This document shows positions 41,717 to 51,991 of a DNA stretch of 64,000 nucleotides, in pieces. The DNA is taken from NCBI GenBank assembly GCA_963665095.1, contig OY762069.1, positions 1-64,000 of the forward strand, read 5' to 3'. The notes under the pieces are model-generated. The model ran no database searches. It saw nothing but the letters and a program-made list of their open reading frames with translations, and was not told the origin of the DNA. Position 1 is the first letter of the stretch; each line of letters starts with the position of its first letter. Source of the stretch: an uncultured Desulfobacter sp. (GTDB lineage Bacteria > Desulfobacterota > Desulfobacteria > Desulfobacterales > Desulfobacteraceae). The translations under genes were made by a program, and so were the position numbers.

Positions 41717-41734
41717 GATATGATTTCTCATATC
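41717..41734. promoter_or_regulatory. Palindromic operator candidate upstream of the signalling operon
   Basis: Perfect inverted repeat GATATGA-tttc-TCATATC. Confidence 0.4.
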
Positions 41735-41937
41735 ATCTGAAAGGGGCATTTTTCAACAATAAAAACGTATTTTAATTTCCAGGTATTTTTAATTATTGAG
41801 AGACCATGGGAGATTGGAACGTGATGATTGATATTGAGCAGCCGAATTTTTTTAGGCCAGAGAAAATTTTGCCGCTGAACCCGGCAGCATCTGGGGGAAC
41901 CTGCAAGGCGCGGCGGCAAGTTATTTAACAGTCGTGG

Positions 41938-43083
41938 TTAATTGTTTTTTCCTTCAAAAAGGGTTGTCAGGTGCCCGTATCCCCGGGCCGAAAGGTCTTC
42001 TTTGGGGATAAACGCCAGGGATGCCGAGTTGATGCAATATCTTAACCCTGTGGGATCTGGCCCGTCGTCAAAAACATGTCCCAGGTGGGCATCTGAGGCT
42101 TTGCTCCTGACTTCGGTGCGAATTGTGAACAAGGACCTGTCCTTTTTTTCAACAATCCGGTCATTGTCCAGGGGGCGGGTGAAGCTGGGCCAACCGCTTC
42201 CGGAATCAAATTTATCTTTTGATGAGAACAGCGGCGTGCCTGAGATCACATCCACATAGATGCCTTCCTGCTTGTTGTTCCAGAAGGCGTTGTCAAATGG
42301 CGGTTCCGTGGCATTCTCCCGGGTCACCCGGTATTGAAGGGGAGACAGGGTCTTTTTCAGGGCGTGGTCCGACGGGATGGTCTGCTTCTGTCCTGAGCCA
42401 TTTTTGAGAGGGATGTCAGGTGGTGTTGCATTTTCTTCCGGCTTAAGAATTTTAGCCGTATCATTATTCCACACCTTTGAGACGAAGTTTTGTCGCCCCG
42501 AACCAATCCGGTAATATTTATACTGCACTGGATTTTTCTTGTGGTAATCCTGGTGATAGGTCTCGGCCGGGAAAAAACGGGTGGCTTCACTCACCTGCGT
42601 TGCCACTGGTTTGGTAAAAATTCCGGCGTCATTGATTTTTTTGATCATACCCGTGGCCTGCTCTTTTTGTTCAAGGGTGTGGTAAAACACAGCAGACCGG
42701 TACTGGCTGCCCCTGTCCACAAAGGATCCGCCAACGTCAGTGGGGTCGATTTGCTGGAAATAAATCGCCAGCAGATCCTCATAGGAGATTAACTCCTGAT
42801 TGAACGTAATCTGAACGACTTCTGCGTGGCCTGTACTCCCAGTGCAGACGTGATCGTAACGCGGGTTGTCCACATGACCGCCCATGTAACCGGAAATCAC
42901 TGTTTCAACGCCGTTAACGCCGTCAAATGCCGAGGCCATGCACCAGAAGCATCCCCCGGCAAAGGTTGCGGTTTGTATATGAGTCATGGCTGTCTCCTTT
43001 TTCTGCCCGTTGCTGTCAGAAGAAAAAAACAGGGCAGAAACAAGCAACAGGACGCCTGTTATAAATAACGGGGTGTTTTTCAT
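41938..43083 (-). CDS. msrAB: Exported bifunctional methionine sulfoxide reductase MsrA/MsrB
   Basis: Signal-like N-terminus; MsrA GGCFWC and AETYHQDY; Msr[16 protein letters not shown] and RYCINS. Confidence 0.95.
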   Translation of the reverse strand: MKNTPLFITGVLLLVSALFFSSDSNGQKKETAMTHIQTATFAGGCFWCMASAFDGVNGVETVISGYMGGHVDNPRYDHVCTGSTGHAEVVQITFNQELISYEDLLAIYFQQIDPTDVGGSFVDRGSQYRSAVFYHTLEQKEQATGMIKKINDAGIFTKPVATQVSEATRFFPAETYHQDYHKKNPVQYKYYRIGSGRQNFVSKVWNNDTAKILKPEENATPPDIPLKNGSGQKQTIPSDHALKKTLSPLQYRVTRENATEPPFDNAFWNNKQEGIYVDVISGTPLFSSKDKFDSGSGWPSFTRPLDNDRIVEKKDRSLFTIRTEVRSKASDAHLGHVFDDGPDPTGLRYCINSASLAFIPKEDLSARGYGHLTTLFEGKNN

Positions 43084-43162
43084 CTTGCCCTCCTTTTTTA
43101 GTTAACCCTTACTTTAAAAAATTGCCATGTTTTGGCCAAAGGCAAGGGGGGGCAAGAAAAAA

Positions 43163-43618
43163 TCAGGCAGGCAAATCAGGCAGTATGTCGCCGGGTTCGG
43201 CCAGGTGTTTCAGGATATCGCGTACCCCCTGACCGGTGACGGCAGATACATGGTAAATGGTTTTACATCCGGCAAGTTCCAGCCAGTAGTCAGCCAGATC
43301 AGGCCTGGCTCCCGGACGGTCAATCTGGGTAACTATGCCGATGACCTCGCGGTTCACCACCGGGGTGACATTGGGGGGGAAAAGGGAAAAGGGCTCCAGG
43401 GCAGATATTAAAAAACCCACCACATCGGCCTCATAGGTATACAGGGCCAGGGCAGCGGCCAGTTCCTTTGACTGGGCATACTCGCCGGGTGTATCAATGA
43501 CCACATCAAAGTGGTTGACATACTGGGTTTTGTGGTATCCGATTTTTTCGCCCTTCAGGGCCTGGGTGAGGGTGGTTTTGCCGGCTTCGCTGCGTCCAAC
43601 CAGAATTATTTTTTTCAT
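43163..43618 (-). CDS. eutP: EutP/PduV family P-loop NTPase
   Basis: Motifs GRSEAGKTTLTQ, YHKTQ and IDTPGEY. Confidence 0.92.
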   Translation of the reverse strand: MKKIILVGRSEAGKTTLTQALKGEKIGYHKTQYVNHFDVVIDTPGEYAQSKELAAALALYTYEADVVGFLISALEPFSLFPPNVTPVVNREVIGIVTQIDRPGARPDLADYWLELAGCKTIYHVSAVTGQGVRDILKHLAEPGDILPDLPA

Positions 43619-43995
43619 GTTTTGGTGATGTCACAAACAGTAAATCCAAGTACGGTGCTGGTATACTCCATGATCTGGATCACCGCACTTTCCACTTCTG
43701 AAAGACCGCCGGTGATGATCAGGGTGCCTGAAAACCGGTCCACAAACCCTAAATCCACATTGGCGGTTTTAATGGCAATGTCACCGGCGATAATGGCGGT
43801 TTCCGCAGGCGTCATGGTAATAATGCCGATGGCGGATTTTGAATAATCCAGGCTGGGGTCCAGGCCCAGCTTCCTGTAAATGACTTTATCCGGGCCGGCT
43901 ATGACATGGGCCAGGGTAATCTGTTTGCCGGGTACGGTTTCTTGGATGATCCGCACTTTCTGGTCCTGGGGGGGTAACAGATTGTTTATATCCAT
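43615..43995 (-). CDS. eutS: EutS/PduU circularly permuted BMC shell protein
   Basis: Motifs RIIQETVPGKQITLAHVIA, TPAETAIIAGD, DRFSGTL and a terminal ITKT. Confidence 0.93.
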   Translation of the reverse strand: MDINNLLPPQDQKVRIIQETVPGKQITLAHVIAGPDKVIYRKLGLDPSLDYSKSAIGIITMTPAETAIIAGDIAIKTANVDLGFVDRFSGTLIITGGLSEVESAVIQIMEYTSTVLGFTVCDITKT

Positions 43996-44189
43996 CTATA
44001 CCTCTCTTGTTTCCTTTTAAATGATGGCAGCAAATATTTTACCGCCGTGAAAATTATAGAGGGGCACGCAAATATAACAATGGGGTGTAAACCCTATTTT
44101 GGGGGCGGGTACTATACGGTTATTCATGGTGCAGGGCCGGCTGCTGGCTATTGCTGATAGACCGGGTCTTCCCGGCAAGGCACAACAGT

Positions 44190-45224
44190 TTACAGATTTT
44201 TTTCCGTACGGATAATGGCGGACAGTCCCTTGTGAAGATCTTCAATGATGGTGTTGGCTGATACGCCTAATCGCCGGGCATTGGAAATATCAAAAATGGA
44301 TTTCTGAACGGCTGTTTTTTCACCGCCTGTGCCCCGGATCTGCAGGTGGTGGTTGCTGACCAGCCTGTTAAAGATGTCAGATTTATATTCCAGTTTTTCA
44401 AGGCAGATATGCACCCCTGCCCGCATGGCTGTACCGATATTGGTGGGGCAGCTGGTTAAAAAGCCCAACTGATCATCCACACAAAAGTCAAGATGCCGGC
44501 TTAAGGCGATGGTCATACGCCTTAGCCGGTTGAATACCCCTTCAATGTCCGACCCCGGGCATTGGGCCATAATGCGCAGATGGTCCTCTTCATTCACCCA
44601 GACCCGCACGATGTTATCATGGCTGATAAAAATTCCCCGGCCTGAAGGAAAATCCCTGTTGATACCCGCTGCATCCTGGAACCGGTCTCCTTTGGGAAAG
44701 GCCAGGCCCTTTTCACGCAGGGCGTTGTAAGCTGCCGGGCTTAAATCGGCAAAGGCGGTGTAGCTGCCGGCCAGGTCCTGTTCCATGCGTGCCAGGGCAT
44801 TTTTAACGGTATTTTCCACGGCCAGACGTTGTGTCCGTGTCATATGGCCTGAAAAGGGGAAGCCCTCAAGGTTTCTGGCCACCCGTACCCGGGATGAGCG
44901 AATAAACCGCTGCTCCGGGTCCAGGCCCGGGAGGTGAACGGAATCAAAGGTCGGCTGGTGCATCATGCCTGGTTCAAGACGGTGGTATTCGTTGATAATA
45001 GGAGAAAATACCGGTTCAAAAAGACGGTAGGTCTCTTTGTCTCCGGCATAAATACCAATGTTGGAATCGGGATTGTCAATGCCAGACTGAATGGCCATAT
45101 CCAGGCTGTAGCCGGACGAAGTTCGCAGATTTCTCAACGCCAGATACCGCCGGGCAGGCAGGTGTTTTTTAGCCAGGGATGTATCAGAGAGCTGCGCGCA
45201 GGGCAGAACCGGCTCAGCTGTCAT
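44190..45224 (-). CDS. Eukaryote-type phosphagen (arginine) kinase
   Basis: N-domain SLAKKHL...QSGIDNPDSNIGIYAGD; catalytic motifs RVRVARN, WVNEEDHLR, CPTNIGT and DISNARRLG. Confidence 0.9.
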   Translation of the reverse strand: MTAEPVLPCAQLSDTSLAKKHLPARRYLALRNLRTSSGYSLDMAIQSGIDNPDSNIGIYAGDKETYRLFEPVFSPIINEYHRLEPGMMHQPTFDSVHLPGLDPEQRFIRSSRVRVARNLEGFPFSGHMTRTQRLAVENTVKNALARMEQDLAGSYTAFADLSPAAYNALREKGLAFPKGDRFQDAAGINRDFPSGRGIFISHDNIVRVWVNEEDHLRIMAQCPGSDIEGVFNRLRRMTIALSRHLDFCVDDQLGFLTSCPTNIGTAMRAGVHICLEKLEYKSDIFNRLVSNHHLQIRGTGGEKTAVQKSIFDISNARRLGVSANTIIEDLHKGLSAIIRTEKNL

Positions 45225-45399
45225 AACGGGAGGACTGGGAAGAGACCCCCCGGGCCAGCCGGGTCTGGATCTGGTCTAAAATAATGCAGTCTGCATGGCA
45301 TCTGGGCAGATGCTCTTTGTGTTCACAGTTCACGCAGGGGCTTTGGGTGAGATAGCCCACTTCAAAGTCAAATATGTCTCTTTTTGCCGGGTTTTCCAT
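45214..45399 (-). CDS. Small Cys-rich hypothetical protein (61 aa)
   Basis: SPCVNC...RCHADC; overlaps the kinase start by 11 bp. Confidence 0.7.
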   Translation of the reverse strand: MENPAKRDIFDFEVGYLTQSPCVNCEHKEHLPRCHADCIILDQIQTRLARGVSSQSSRYDS

Positions 45400-45653
45400 T
45401 GCTCTTCGGCCTGCAAAATTAAAATGAAAGCTCTTATACCATTTTATCCGGCGCCGGGTCAATAACCCGGATCTTCCTTTGAGCCCTGTTCTCCCATAAA
45501 TAGGGACTATATCGCTGCAGCCAGGTTGCGCTGCGAAAAAACTGTTCCGTATTTTACCTTGTCATATGGAAAAACACATGATAGTGAACCGGTAATATTT
45601 GTGACAGACCCCTGTGAATTCAAGGAAAATTTAAAAGAATAAGGTTGTAATTT

Positions 45654-46271
45654 GTGGCTGTATCAAAATTTGCTGAACTCAAAGAAAAGGAGAAACAGGC
45701 CAGAAAACAGATTGTGATTGACTCAGCCCTGGCCCTGTTTGCAAAAAAACCGTTTTACGAGGTGGGAATCAGAGACATCGCAGACGAAGCCGGCATTTCT
45801 CCTGCCACCATTTACCGGTATTTCCCCAATCAGGAAGCCTTGTTCAACCAGGCGTTTATTCAGGAAATCACTGCTGCCTCACGGCAGTTTGAACAGATGG
45901 TGCAGAAAGATGAACCGGCCAGCATTGAAGAGTTTGCCGTGAAATTCGTAAAACACCTGATTGACAATGAATCAACCTTTCAGATGATGACCTATCTGAT
46001 GCTCAAGGATAATCTGACCAATCCGGTCATGGGGCAGTTTGATTCCGTGACAAAAATTTTTTTCGACCTGTTTACCACGCTTCTGCAGCGCCACGGCATG
46101 AGCGCGGACAAGGCCAGGCCCTATTCCCACTCCTTTGTGGCCTCCATCACCGGCATCCTTATGACCTTTCGTAATTCACCCTTTAAAACCAGGCAGACGG
46201 TCAGGGACCATATCATCAAGACCGTAAAACTGACATCACAATTATACACCAACCAGCTGCTGGACGCCTGA
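45654..46271 (+). CDS. TetR/AcrR family regulator
   Basis: HTH IRDIADEAGISPATIYRYFP. Confidence 0.93.
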   Translation: MAVSKFAELKEKEKQARKQIVIDSALALFAKKPFYEVGIRDIADEAGISPATIYRYFPNQEALFNQAFIQEITAASRQFEQMVQKDEPASIEEFAVKFVKHLIDNESTFQMMTYLMLKDNLTNPVMGQFDSVTKIFFDLFTTLLQRHGMSADKARPYSHSFVASITGILMTFRNSPFKTRQTVRDHIIKTVKLTSQLYTNQLLDA

Positions 46272-46407
46272 TACAGCTTTTTACACTACTTAACTTTTTG
46301 GTCATTTGACACCTCTTGCGAGCTGACTATATTAAGTCAAAAAAGTTGATTATCCACAAAGTCCGGGCCTTTCCTGCGTCCGGTCAAAACAAAGGATGTA
46401 AGGTGTT

Positions 46408-47382
46408 ATGGAAGAAATTTCAAAACAGATTGAGCAGGCCCATCTGCTGGTGAACCGGATCCGCAGTGAGGTGGGCAAAGCCCTGGTGGGGCAGGAAAAA
46501 CTGGTTGACGGTCTTCTGACAGGCCTTTTCACCGGCGGCCATGTTCTCATTGAAGGCGTGCCGGGTCTGGCAAAAACCTCTGCGGTGAAAGCGTTGGCCG
46601 CTGCCATCCAGGCTGATTTCAAACGCATTCAGTTTACCCCGGACCTGCTGCCGGCGGACCTCACCGGTACAGAGATCTACCGGCCTAAAGAGACAGATTT
46701 TATCACCCGCAAGGGGCCCTTGTTCAACCACATCATTCTGGCGGACGAAATCAACCGGGCCCCCTCCAAGGTGCAGTCTGCGCTTCTTGAGGCCATGGAG
46801 GAGAAGCAGGTGACCATCGGGGACACGACGTATAAACTTCCCACCCCGTTTCTGGTGCTGGCCACCCAGAACCCCATTGAACAGGAGGGCACCTATCCGT
46901 TGCCTGAAGCCCAGGTGGACCGGTTCATGCTCAAGGTGCTGGTGGAATATCCCTCAAAGTCCCAGGAGCTGGAAATTTTGAAGAAGACCAGTTTCGCAGC
47001 GGTTGACCAGATTGAGCCCGTGGTCTCCTGTGAGGATCTGGCAGGACTCAAGGCCCTGGTGGATCAGGTTTATGTGGATGAAAAGCTCAAAGAGTATATC
47101 GTTGATCTGATTTTCGCCACGCGAAACCCTGAAGATTACAGGATGGCGAGCGGCTGCTACATTGAATTCGGGGCCTCGCCCCGGGCCACGATTTTTCTTG
47201 CCAGGGCCGCCCGCGTCACCGCCTTTCTGGCGGGTCGTTCCTATGTAACGCCCCAGGATATCAAGCTTGCAGGACCTGATGTGCTGCGCCACAGGATTCT
47301 TTTGTCCTTTGAGGCTGAAGCCGAAGAGGTGACAACCGAGCAGGTGGTGGCGGATCTGTTTGATTCTGTTGAAGTACCCTAA
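46408..47382 (+). CDS. MoxR family AAA+ ATPase
   Basis: Motifs GVPGLAKT, RIQFTPDLLPAD, DEINRA and QNPIEQEGTYPLPEAQ. Confidence 0.96.
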   Translation: MEEISKQIEQAHLLVNRIRSEVGKALVGQEKLVDGLLTGLFTGGHVLIEGVPGLAKTSAVKALAAAIQADFKRIQFTPDLLPADLTGTEIYRPKETDFITRKGPLFNHIILADEINRAPSKVQSALLEAMEEKQVTIGDTTYKLPTPFLVLATQNPIEQEGTYPLPEAQVDRFMLKVLVEYPSKSQELEILKKTSFAAVDQIEPVVSCEDLAGLKALVDQVYVDEKLKEYIVDLIFATRNPEDYRMASGCYIEFGASPRATIFLARAARVTAFLAGRSYVTPQDIKLAGPDVLRHRILLSFEAEAEEVTTEQVVADLFDSVEVP

Positions 47383-47402
47383 AATTATAAACAGGTATTA
47401 AA

Positions 47403-48278
47403 ATGATTCCTGCCCATATCATAAAAAAGATCAAGCAGATTCATATCTCTTCACGCAGAACCGTCAATACCCTGATGGCCGGGCAGTACCGGTCGGTCTT
47501 CAAGGGGGCGGGCATTGAGTTTGAAGAGGTGCGCGAGTATGCCCCGGGGGATGATGTCAAAACCATTGACTGGAACGTCTCCGCCCGCACCGGCAAGGTA
47601 TTTGTCAAGCAGTTCCGGGAGGAGCGCGAATCCATCGTCATGCTGCTCATTGACATGAGCGCCTCTTTAAATTTTGGTACCCGGTCCGGGCGCAAGCTGG
47701 AAAAGGTGGCAGAGCTGTCATCTGTCCTGGCATTTAACGCCATTAAAAATAATGACAAGGTCGGCGTGATCTTTTTTACGGACCAGGTGGAGAAGTATAT
47801 CCCCCCCAAGAAAGGATCTGCCCATATCTGGCGGGTGATCAAGGAGATTTTCACCTTTGAACCCAAAGGGGTGGGCACCGATGTGGGGTGCGCCCTGGAT
47901 TTCATGGCCAGGATCTGCAAAAAGCGCAGTTTTGCCTTTGTAATTTCCGACTATCTCGCTCCGGAATATGACAAAAGCCTGCGGCTTTTAAACCGGCGCC
48001 ATGAGGTGGTGGGGATGCGCGTGTTTGATGACGGTGCCTTTCAACTGCCATGTGCCGGTATTGTCCGGGTAAAGGATTTTGAAACCGGGCAGACCATGCT
48101 GCTGGACGCGGGCAGTAAAAAGATGCGGCAGTGGTATACGGATGCAAGGCATCGGCGCCACGTACAAACGCAAAATTTATTTTCAAAGGCCCGGGTGGAT
48201 CTCGTGGACGTCACCACACAGGATTCCGTCTCCGATGTCCTGACCCGGTATTTCCGCCTTCGGGAGAGCAGACGCTGA
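47403..48278 (+). CDS. DUF58 family protein
   Basis: Motifs G.EFEEVREYAPGDD..IDWNVSAR, DMSAS and ISD. Confidence 0.93.
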   Translation: MIPAHIIKKIKQIHISSRRTVNTLMAGQYRSVFKGAGIEFEEVREYAPGDDVKTIDWNVSARTGKVFVKQFREERESIVMLLIDMSASLNFGTRSGRKLEKVAELSSVLAFNAIKNNDKVGVIFFTDQVEKYIPPKKGSAHIWRVIKEIFTFEPKGVGTDVGCALDFMARICKKRSFAFVISDYLAPEYDKSLRLLNRRHEVVGMRVFDDGAFQLPCAGIVRVKDFETGQTMLLDAGSKKMRQWYTDARHRRHVQTQNLFSKARVDLVDVTTQDSVSDVLTRYFRLRESRR

Positions 48279-48847
48279 TGATCCAGGATATTCATGACAT
48301 ACGACCACCTGTGATGGTGGGCATGGACCCGGGCCTTGTGAGGATTCTTCTGCTGGGGGCTTGCGCCCTTCTGCTTATAGGGCTTGTTGCCTTTGGTATT
48401 CTGCTGTGGCGCAGAAGAAGAAAAAAGACCGCCAAAACGGATCTGCCGGCGTTGCCGCTGCTTTCTGCCTATGAGTGCGCTGTCCGGGATCTGGAGCAGT
48501 GTCTGGAACGTTTTGGCAACGAGGCCAAATCCTTTTATTTTGAACTGGGCCGGGTTGTTAAAGCCTATATTTCCGGGACATTCGGTATCAACTGCCTTGA
48601 GATGACCTCCCAGGAGATGGCCCGGGCCATCAAGGGGATTGGGGGGCTGAATCCGGGATTGAAATCGGACCTGATCCAGTTTCAGGACCAGTGCGACCCC
48701 ATTCGATATATGCCCCTGGCGGCATTGAAGCACCCGGATATGCAGCGACTGAGGCGTGATCTGCTTACAGCCGGAAAACTGGTGGATGAGATGCAGGCAG
48801 CTGTGACGAAAATTGAAGAGAATACTGTGCAAGGGGAGGGTGCCTGA
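48278..48847 (+). CDS. Bat-operon membrane protein (DUF4381-like)
   Basis: IHDIRPP, a TM helix followed by RRR, and EMTSQE; TGATG coupling at both ends. Confidence 0.8.
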   Translation: MIQDIHDIRPPVMVGMDPGLVRILLLGACALLLIGLVAFGILLWRRRRKKTAKTDLPALPLLSAYECAVRDLEQCLERFGNEAKSFYFELGRVVKAYISGTFGINCLEMTSQEMARAIKGIGGLNPGLKSDLIQFQDQCDPIRYMPLAALKHPDMQRLRRDLLTAGKLVDEMQAAVTKIEENTVQGEGA

Positions 48848-49950
48848 TGTTTCGATTTGCCTCTCCCTGGTTTCTGGTACTGCTTGTTCTGCCCTGGGGG
48901 TGGCTGGCCGTGCAGATGTTTCGCCGTTCCCGGCAGAAAGGGTTTAAATGGTCAAGGCTGAAACACAAAGCTGGCAGCGTTGCCGGGGAAAAACAACCTG
49001 TTTCATCCCAGGGATCACTTTTGGGCGTGCCTGCAACCGGCCACAGCATTCATGTGCCGGGGCTGGCAGATGTGGCCAATGCCCCGGGCAGTATCTGGCT
49101 CACCGTGGCCCGGCTGCTGCCTTTGGTAAAGGTGGTGGCCTTAAGCCTGATGATCATTGCCCTGGCCCGGCCCCAGGCCGGAGAACAAAAAGTCAATGTA
49201 ATGACCAAAGGGGTGAACATTGTCCTGGCCCTGGACCTTTCCGGTTCCATGAAGGCCCTGGACTTCAAGCAGCATGACAAGATCGTCACCCGTCTGGACG
49301 CGGTAAAAGGGGTGGTCTCCGATTTTATCATGAAACGGGACGGGGACCGCATCGGGCTGGTGGTTTTCGGCACCAACGCCTTTACCCAGCTGCCACTCAC
49401 CCGGGACTACAACACCATCTCCTTTATGCTGGACCATCTTAAGATCGGGGCAGCCGGACCCAATACCGCCATTGGTGATGCCATAGGTATCTCTCTTAAG
49501 CGGCTGGAGGATATTCCCTCCAAGTCCAATATCATTATTCTGCTCACCGACGGCAAGAGCAATGCCGGAGAACTCTCCTGGCAGGAGGCGGCTAAAGTTG
49601 CGGCCCAGCGGCATGTTAAAATTTACACCATCGGGGTGGGTTCCAAGGGTAAGGCACCTTTCCTGGTGGACGGGCTTTTCGGCAAGCAGTATGTCTACCG
49701 GCAGGTGGATGTGGACTGGGATGCCCTGGACGCCATTGCCAAACAGACCGGGGGAACTTTTTTTAAAGCCAAAGATACCGAAAGTCTTGCGTCCATATAT
49801 AAGATGATCGACGCCCTGGAAAAGACCACCGTAAAGGTGGACAAGTGGGTGGAGTTCCGGGAGCTGTTTCCCGGATTTTTCATCCCGGGGCTGCTGCTCT
49901 ATCTCATGGTTTTAAGCCTTGGGTGCACCCGCCTGATCCGGGTGCCGTAA
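48847..49950 (+). CDS. batA: BatA vWA protein
   Basis: Motifs FRFASPW, ALARPQ, DLSGSM, TAIGDA and LLTDG.SN. Confidence 0.92.
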   Translation: MFRFASPWFLVLLVLPWGWLAVQMFRRSRQKGFKWSRLKHKAGSVAGEKQPVSSQGSLLGVPATGHSIHVPGLADVANAPGSIWLTVARLLPLVKVVALSLMIIALARPQAGEQKVNVMTKGVNIVLALDLSGSMKALDFKQHDKIVTRLDAVKGVVSDFIMKRDGDRIGLVVFGTNAFTQLPLTRDYNTISFMLDHLKIGAAGPNTAIGDAIGISLKRLEDIPSKSNIIILLTDGKSNAGELSWQEAAKVAAQRHVKIYTIGVGSKGKAPFLVDGLFGKQYVYRQVDVDWDALDAIAKQTGGTFFKAKDTESLASIYKMIDALEKTTVKVDKWVEFRELFPGFFIPGLLLYLMVLSLGCTRLIRVP

Positions 49951-49990
49951 GGCATAGAGCGGATATGCAAAATAGATTAAGGATCTATTC

Positions 49991-51991
49991 ATGAAATTTG
50001 ATCAACCCTATATACTGTTTTTCCTCTGGGGGCTGATTCCTTTGGCAGGCCTCCTGGTCTACGGGATTTTCAGGCATAAGAAAATTTTATCCCAGTATAT
50101 GGATGTGGCCATGTCCGCCCATATTCTGCCCGGATTTACCTATGGCCCCAAATGGGTGAAAGCAAGCCTTGTGGTGCTCGCCATGGGATTTGCCGTGGTG
50201 GCTTTGGCAGGCCCCATGGCAGGATACCACTGGGAGAAAACCACCCAGAAAGGGGTGGACCTGATGATTGCCCTGGACTGTTCGCGCAGTATGCTGGCCC
50301 AGGATATATCGCCTGCGCGGCTCACCCGTGCCAAACGGGAGATCATTGATCTGACCCGATTGATGCATTCGGACAGGGCAGGGCTTGTGGCCTTTTCCGG
50401 TGCTGCCATGCTGCAGTGTCCCTTGACCCTGGATTATGCCGCCTTTGGGATTTTCCTGGATGCGCTTAATCCCGACTACCTGCCTGTGGGCGGCACAGAT
50501 TTGACGGCTGCCCTTGAGACCTGCTACAACGGATTTGATCCAAAATCAGACACAGGAAAAGCCATCATCCTGATTACGGACGGTGAGGATACGGCAGGGG
50601 ATGCAGATGCCCTGAATAAGACCGTGGAAAAACTGGCTAAGGAAAATATCCGCATATTTGCCATTGGTGTGGGTGATCCGGCCGGTGCGCCCATTCCTGA
50701 AAAGGGCGGGGGCTTTAAAAAAGATACTGCCGGCAATATTATTTTATCCCGGGTGGATGAGGCCATGCTGAAGAAAATCACGGCCATGACACAAGGCAGA
50801 TATGTCCGGTCTGTGGCCGGGGACATGGATCTTGAACAGATCTACTCCAAAGATATCCTTGGGACCATGGAGAGACGGGAACTGACCGACGGCCGGAAAA
50901 AAGTGTGGGAAAAACGGTTTCAATGGGCGCTTTTCCCCTGTGTATTGCTGCTGCTCATTGAGCTTGTCTATCCTGACCGGCCCAGGCGCAACGGACTTGC
51001 CAGCCGGTCTCGGATCTCTCTGGCCGCCTTAGGCCTGCTGCTGGTATGTGGTATTTTCGCACCCGACCCGGCCCGGGCAGGGTTGTTATCTTCCCCGGTG
51101 AAAGAGGGCATGAAGGCCTGGGATAATAAAGAGTACAGTCAGGCTAAAAAGTATTTTATTGATGCCCAGCTGGAAAATCCGGATGATTTAAGACTTTATT
51201 ATAACATTGGTGCAGCCGCCTATGCAGCCGGCGAATATGATCTGGCCCTTTCCAACTTTGCCCAGGCCGCCAGTTCAAAGGATAAAGAGCTGCGGCACAA
51301 TGCGCTCTATAACCTTGCCAATACCAGATATCGCACGGGGGAACTTGAAAAGGCGGTGGACGATTACAGCAAACTGCTTAAAGAATTTCCTGAAGATGTG
51401 CAGGCCAAAGAGAACCTGGACTTTGTGAAGAAGAAGATAGAAGAGCAGAAGCAGCAGCAGCAGCAGGAAAACCAGAATCAGGACAGCCAGAAAAACCAGA
51501 ACGATAAAGACGGGAAAAACCAGAAAGATTCCCAGAACAAAAATCAGCAGGACAAGAATCAGCAGGATAGCAAGGGTCAGGACCAGGACAAAAACCAGCA
51601 GAATGGTCAGGATCAGCAAAATAAAGAGGGGCAGAATAACCAGAGCCCGGACCAGAACCAGCAGAATAAGGCCCCGCAGAATCAGGACCCACAAAATAAA
51701 GGTCAGCAGGACCAGCCAAAGGATAAAAACCAGGACCATAATTCGGGGCAGGCCGGACAGCAGGATCAGCCACCACCGCCCCAGCCGGCTTCTGAGAACG
51801 GCGGCGGGGATAAAGATCCTGACCAGAAGACCAGTGCTGCCAACCAGGCCAGGCAGGCGGCCGGCCAAACGGCAGACAAAAGCGATCCTGAATCCAAAAT
51901 GCTTGAAAACCGCCTTAACCGCCTGGAAGACAAACCAGGCATGGCGCTGATTCCCCAAAGCGGAGTAAGGAACAATGAAAAAGACTGGTAA
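49991..51991 (+). CDS. batB: BatB-BatC-like fusion (vWA, TPR, Gln/Asn-rich tail)
   Basis: DCSRSM, PLTLD and ITDGED; TPR motifs YNIG/YNLAN; a Q/N/K/D-rich tail ending KDW. Confidence 0.88.
   Translation: MKFDQPYILFFLWGLIPLAGLLVYGIFRHKKILSQYMDVAMSAHILPGFTYGPKWVKASLVVLAMGFAVVALAGPMAGYHWEKTTQKGVDLMIALDCSRSMLAQDISPARLTRAKREIIDLTRLMHSDRAGLVAFSGAAMLQCPLTLDYAAFGIFLDALNPDYLPVGGTDLTAALETCYNGFDPKSDTGKAIILITDGEDTAGDADALNKTVEKLAKENIRIFAIGVGDPAGAPIPEKGGGFKKDTAGNIILSRVDEAMLKKITAMTQGRYVRSVAGDMDLEQIYSKDILGTMERRELTDGRKKVWEKRFQWALFPCVLLLLIELVYPDRPRRNGLASRSRISLAALGLLLVCGIFAPDPARAGLLSSPVKEGMKAWDNKEYSQAKKYFIDAQLENPDDLRLYYNIGAAAYAAGEYDLALSNFAQAASSKDKELRHNALYNLANTRYRTGELEKAVDDYSKLLKEFPEDVQAKENLDFVKKKIEEQKQQQQQENQNQDSQKNQNDKDGKNQKDSQNKNQQDKNQQDSKGQDQDKNQQNGQDQQNKEGQNNQSPDQNQQNKAPQNQDPQNKGQQDQPKDKNQDHNSGQAGQQDQPPPPQPASENGGGDKDPDQKTSAANQARQAAGQTADKSDPESKMLENRLNRLEDKPGMALIPQSGVRNNEKDW

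Noticed and set aside
44190..45224. McsB protein-arginine kinase call
   Set aside because: The protein has the phosphagen-kinase N-terminal domain and lacks ctsR/mcsA/clpC context.
45480..45540. GCAGCCAGGTTGC resembling a riboswitch 3' end
   Set aside because: There is no matching 5' aptamer half.
51440..51770. CAG/AAC-rich repetitive DNA considered as a repeat array or CRISPR
   Set aside because: It encodes the Gln/Asn-rich BatC-like tail and has no fixed repeat-spacer period.
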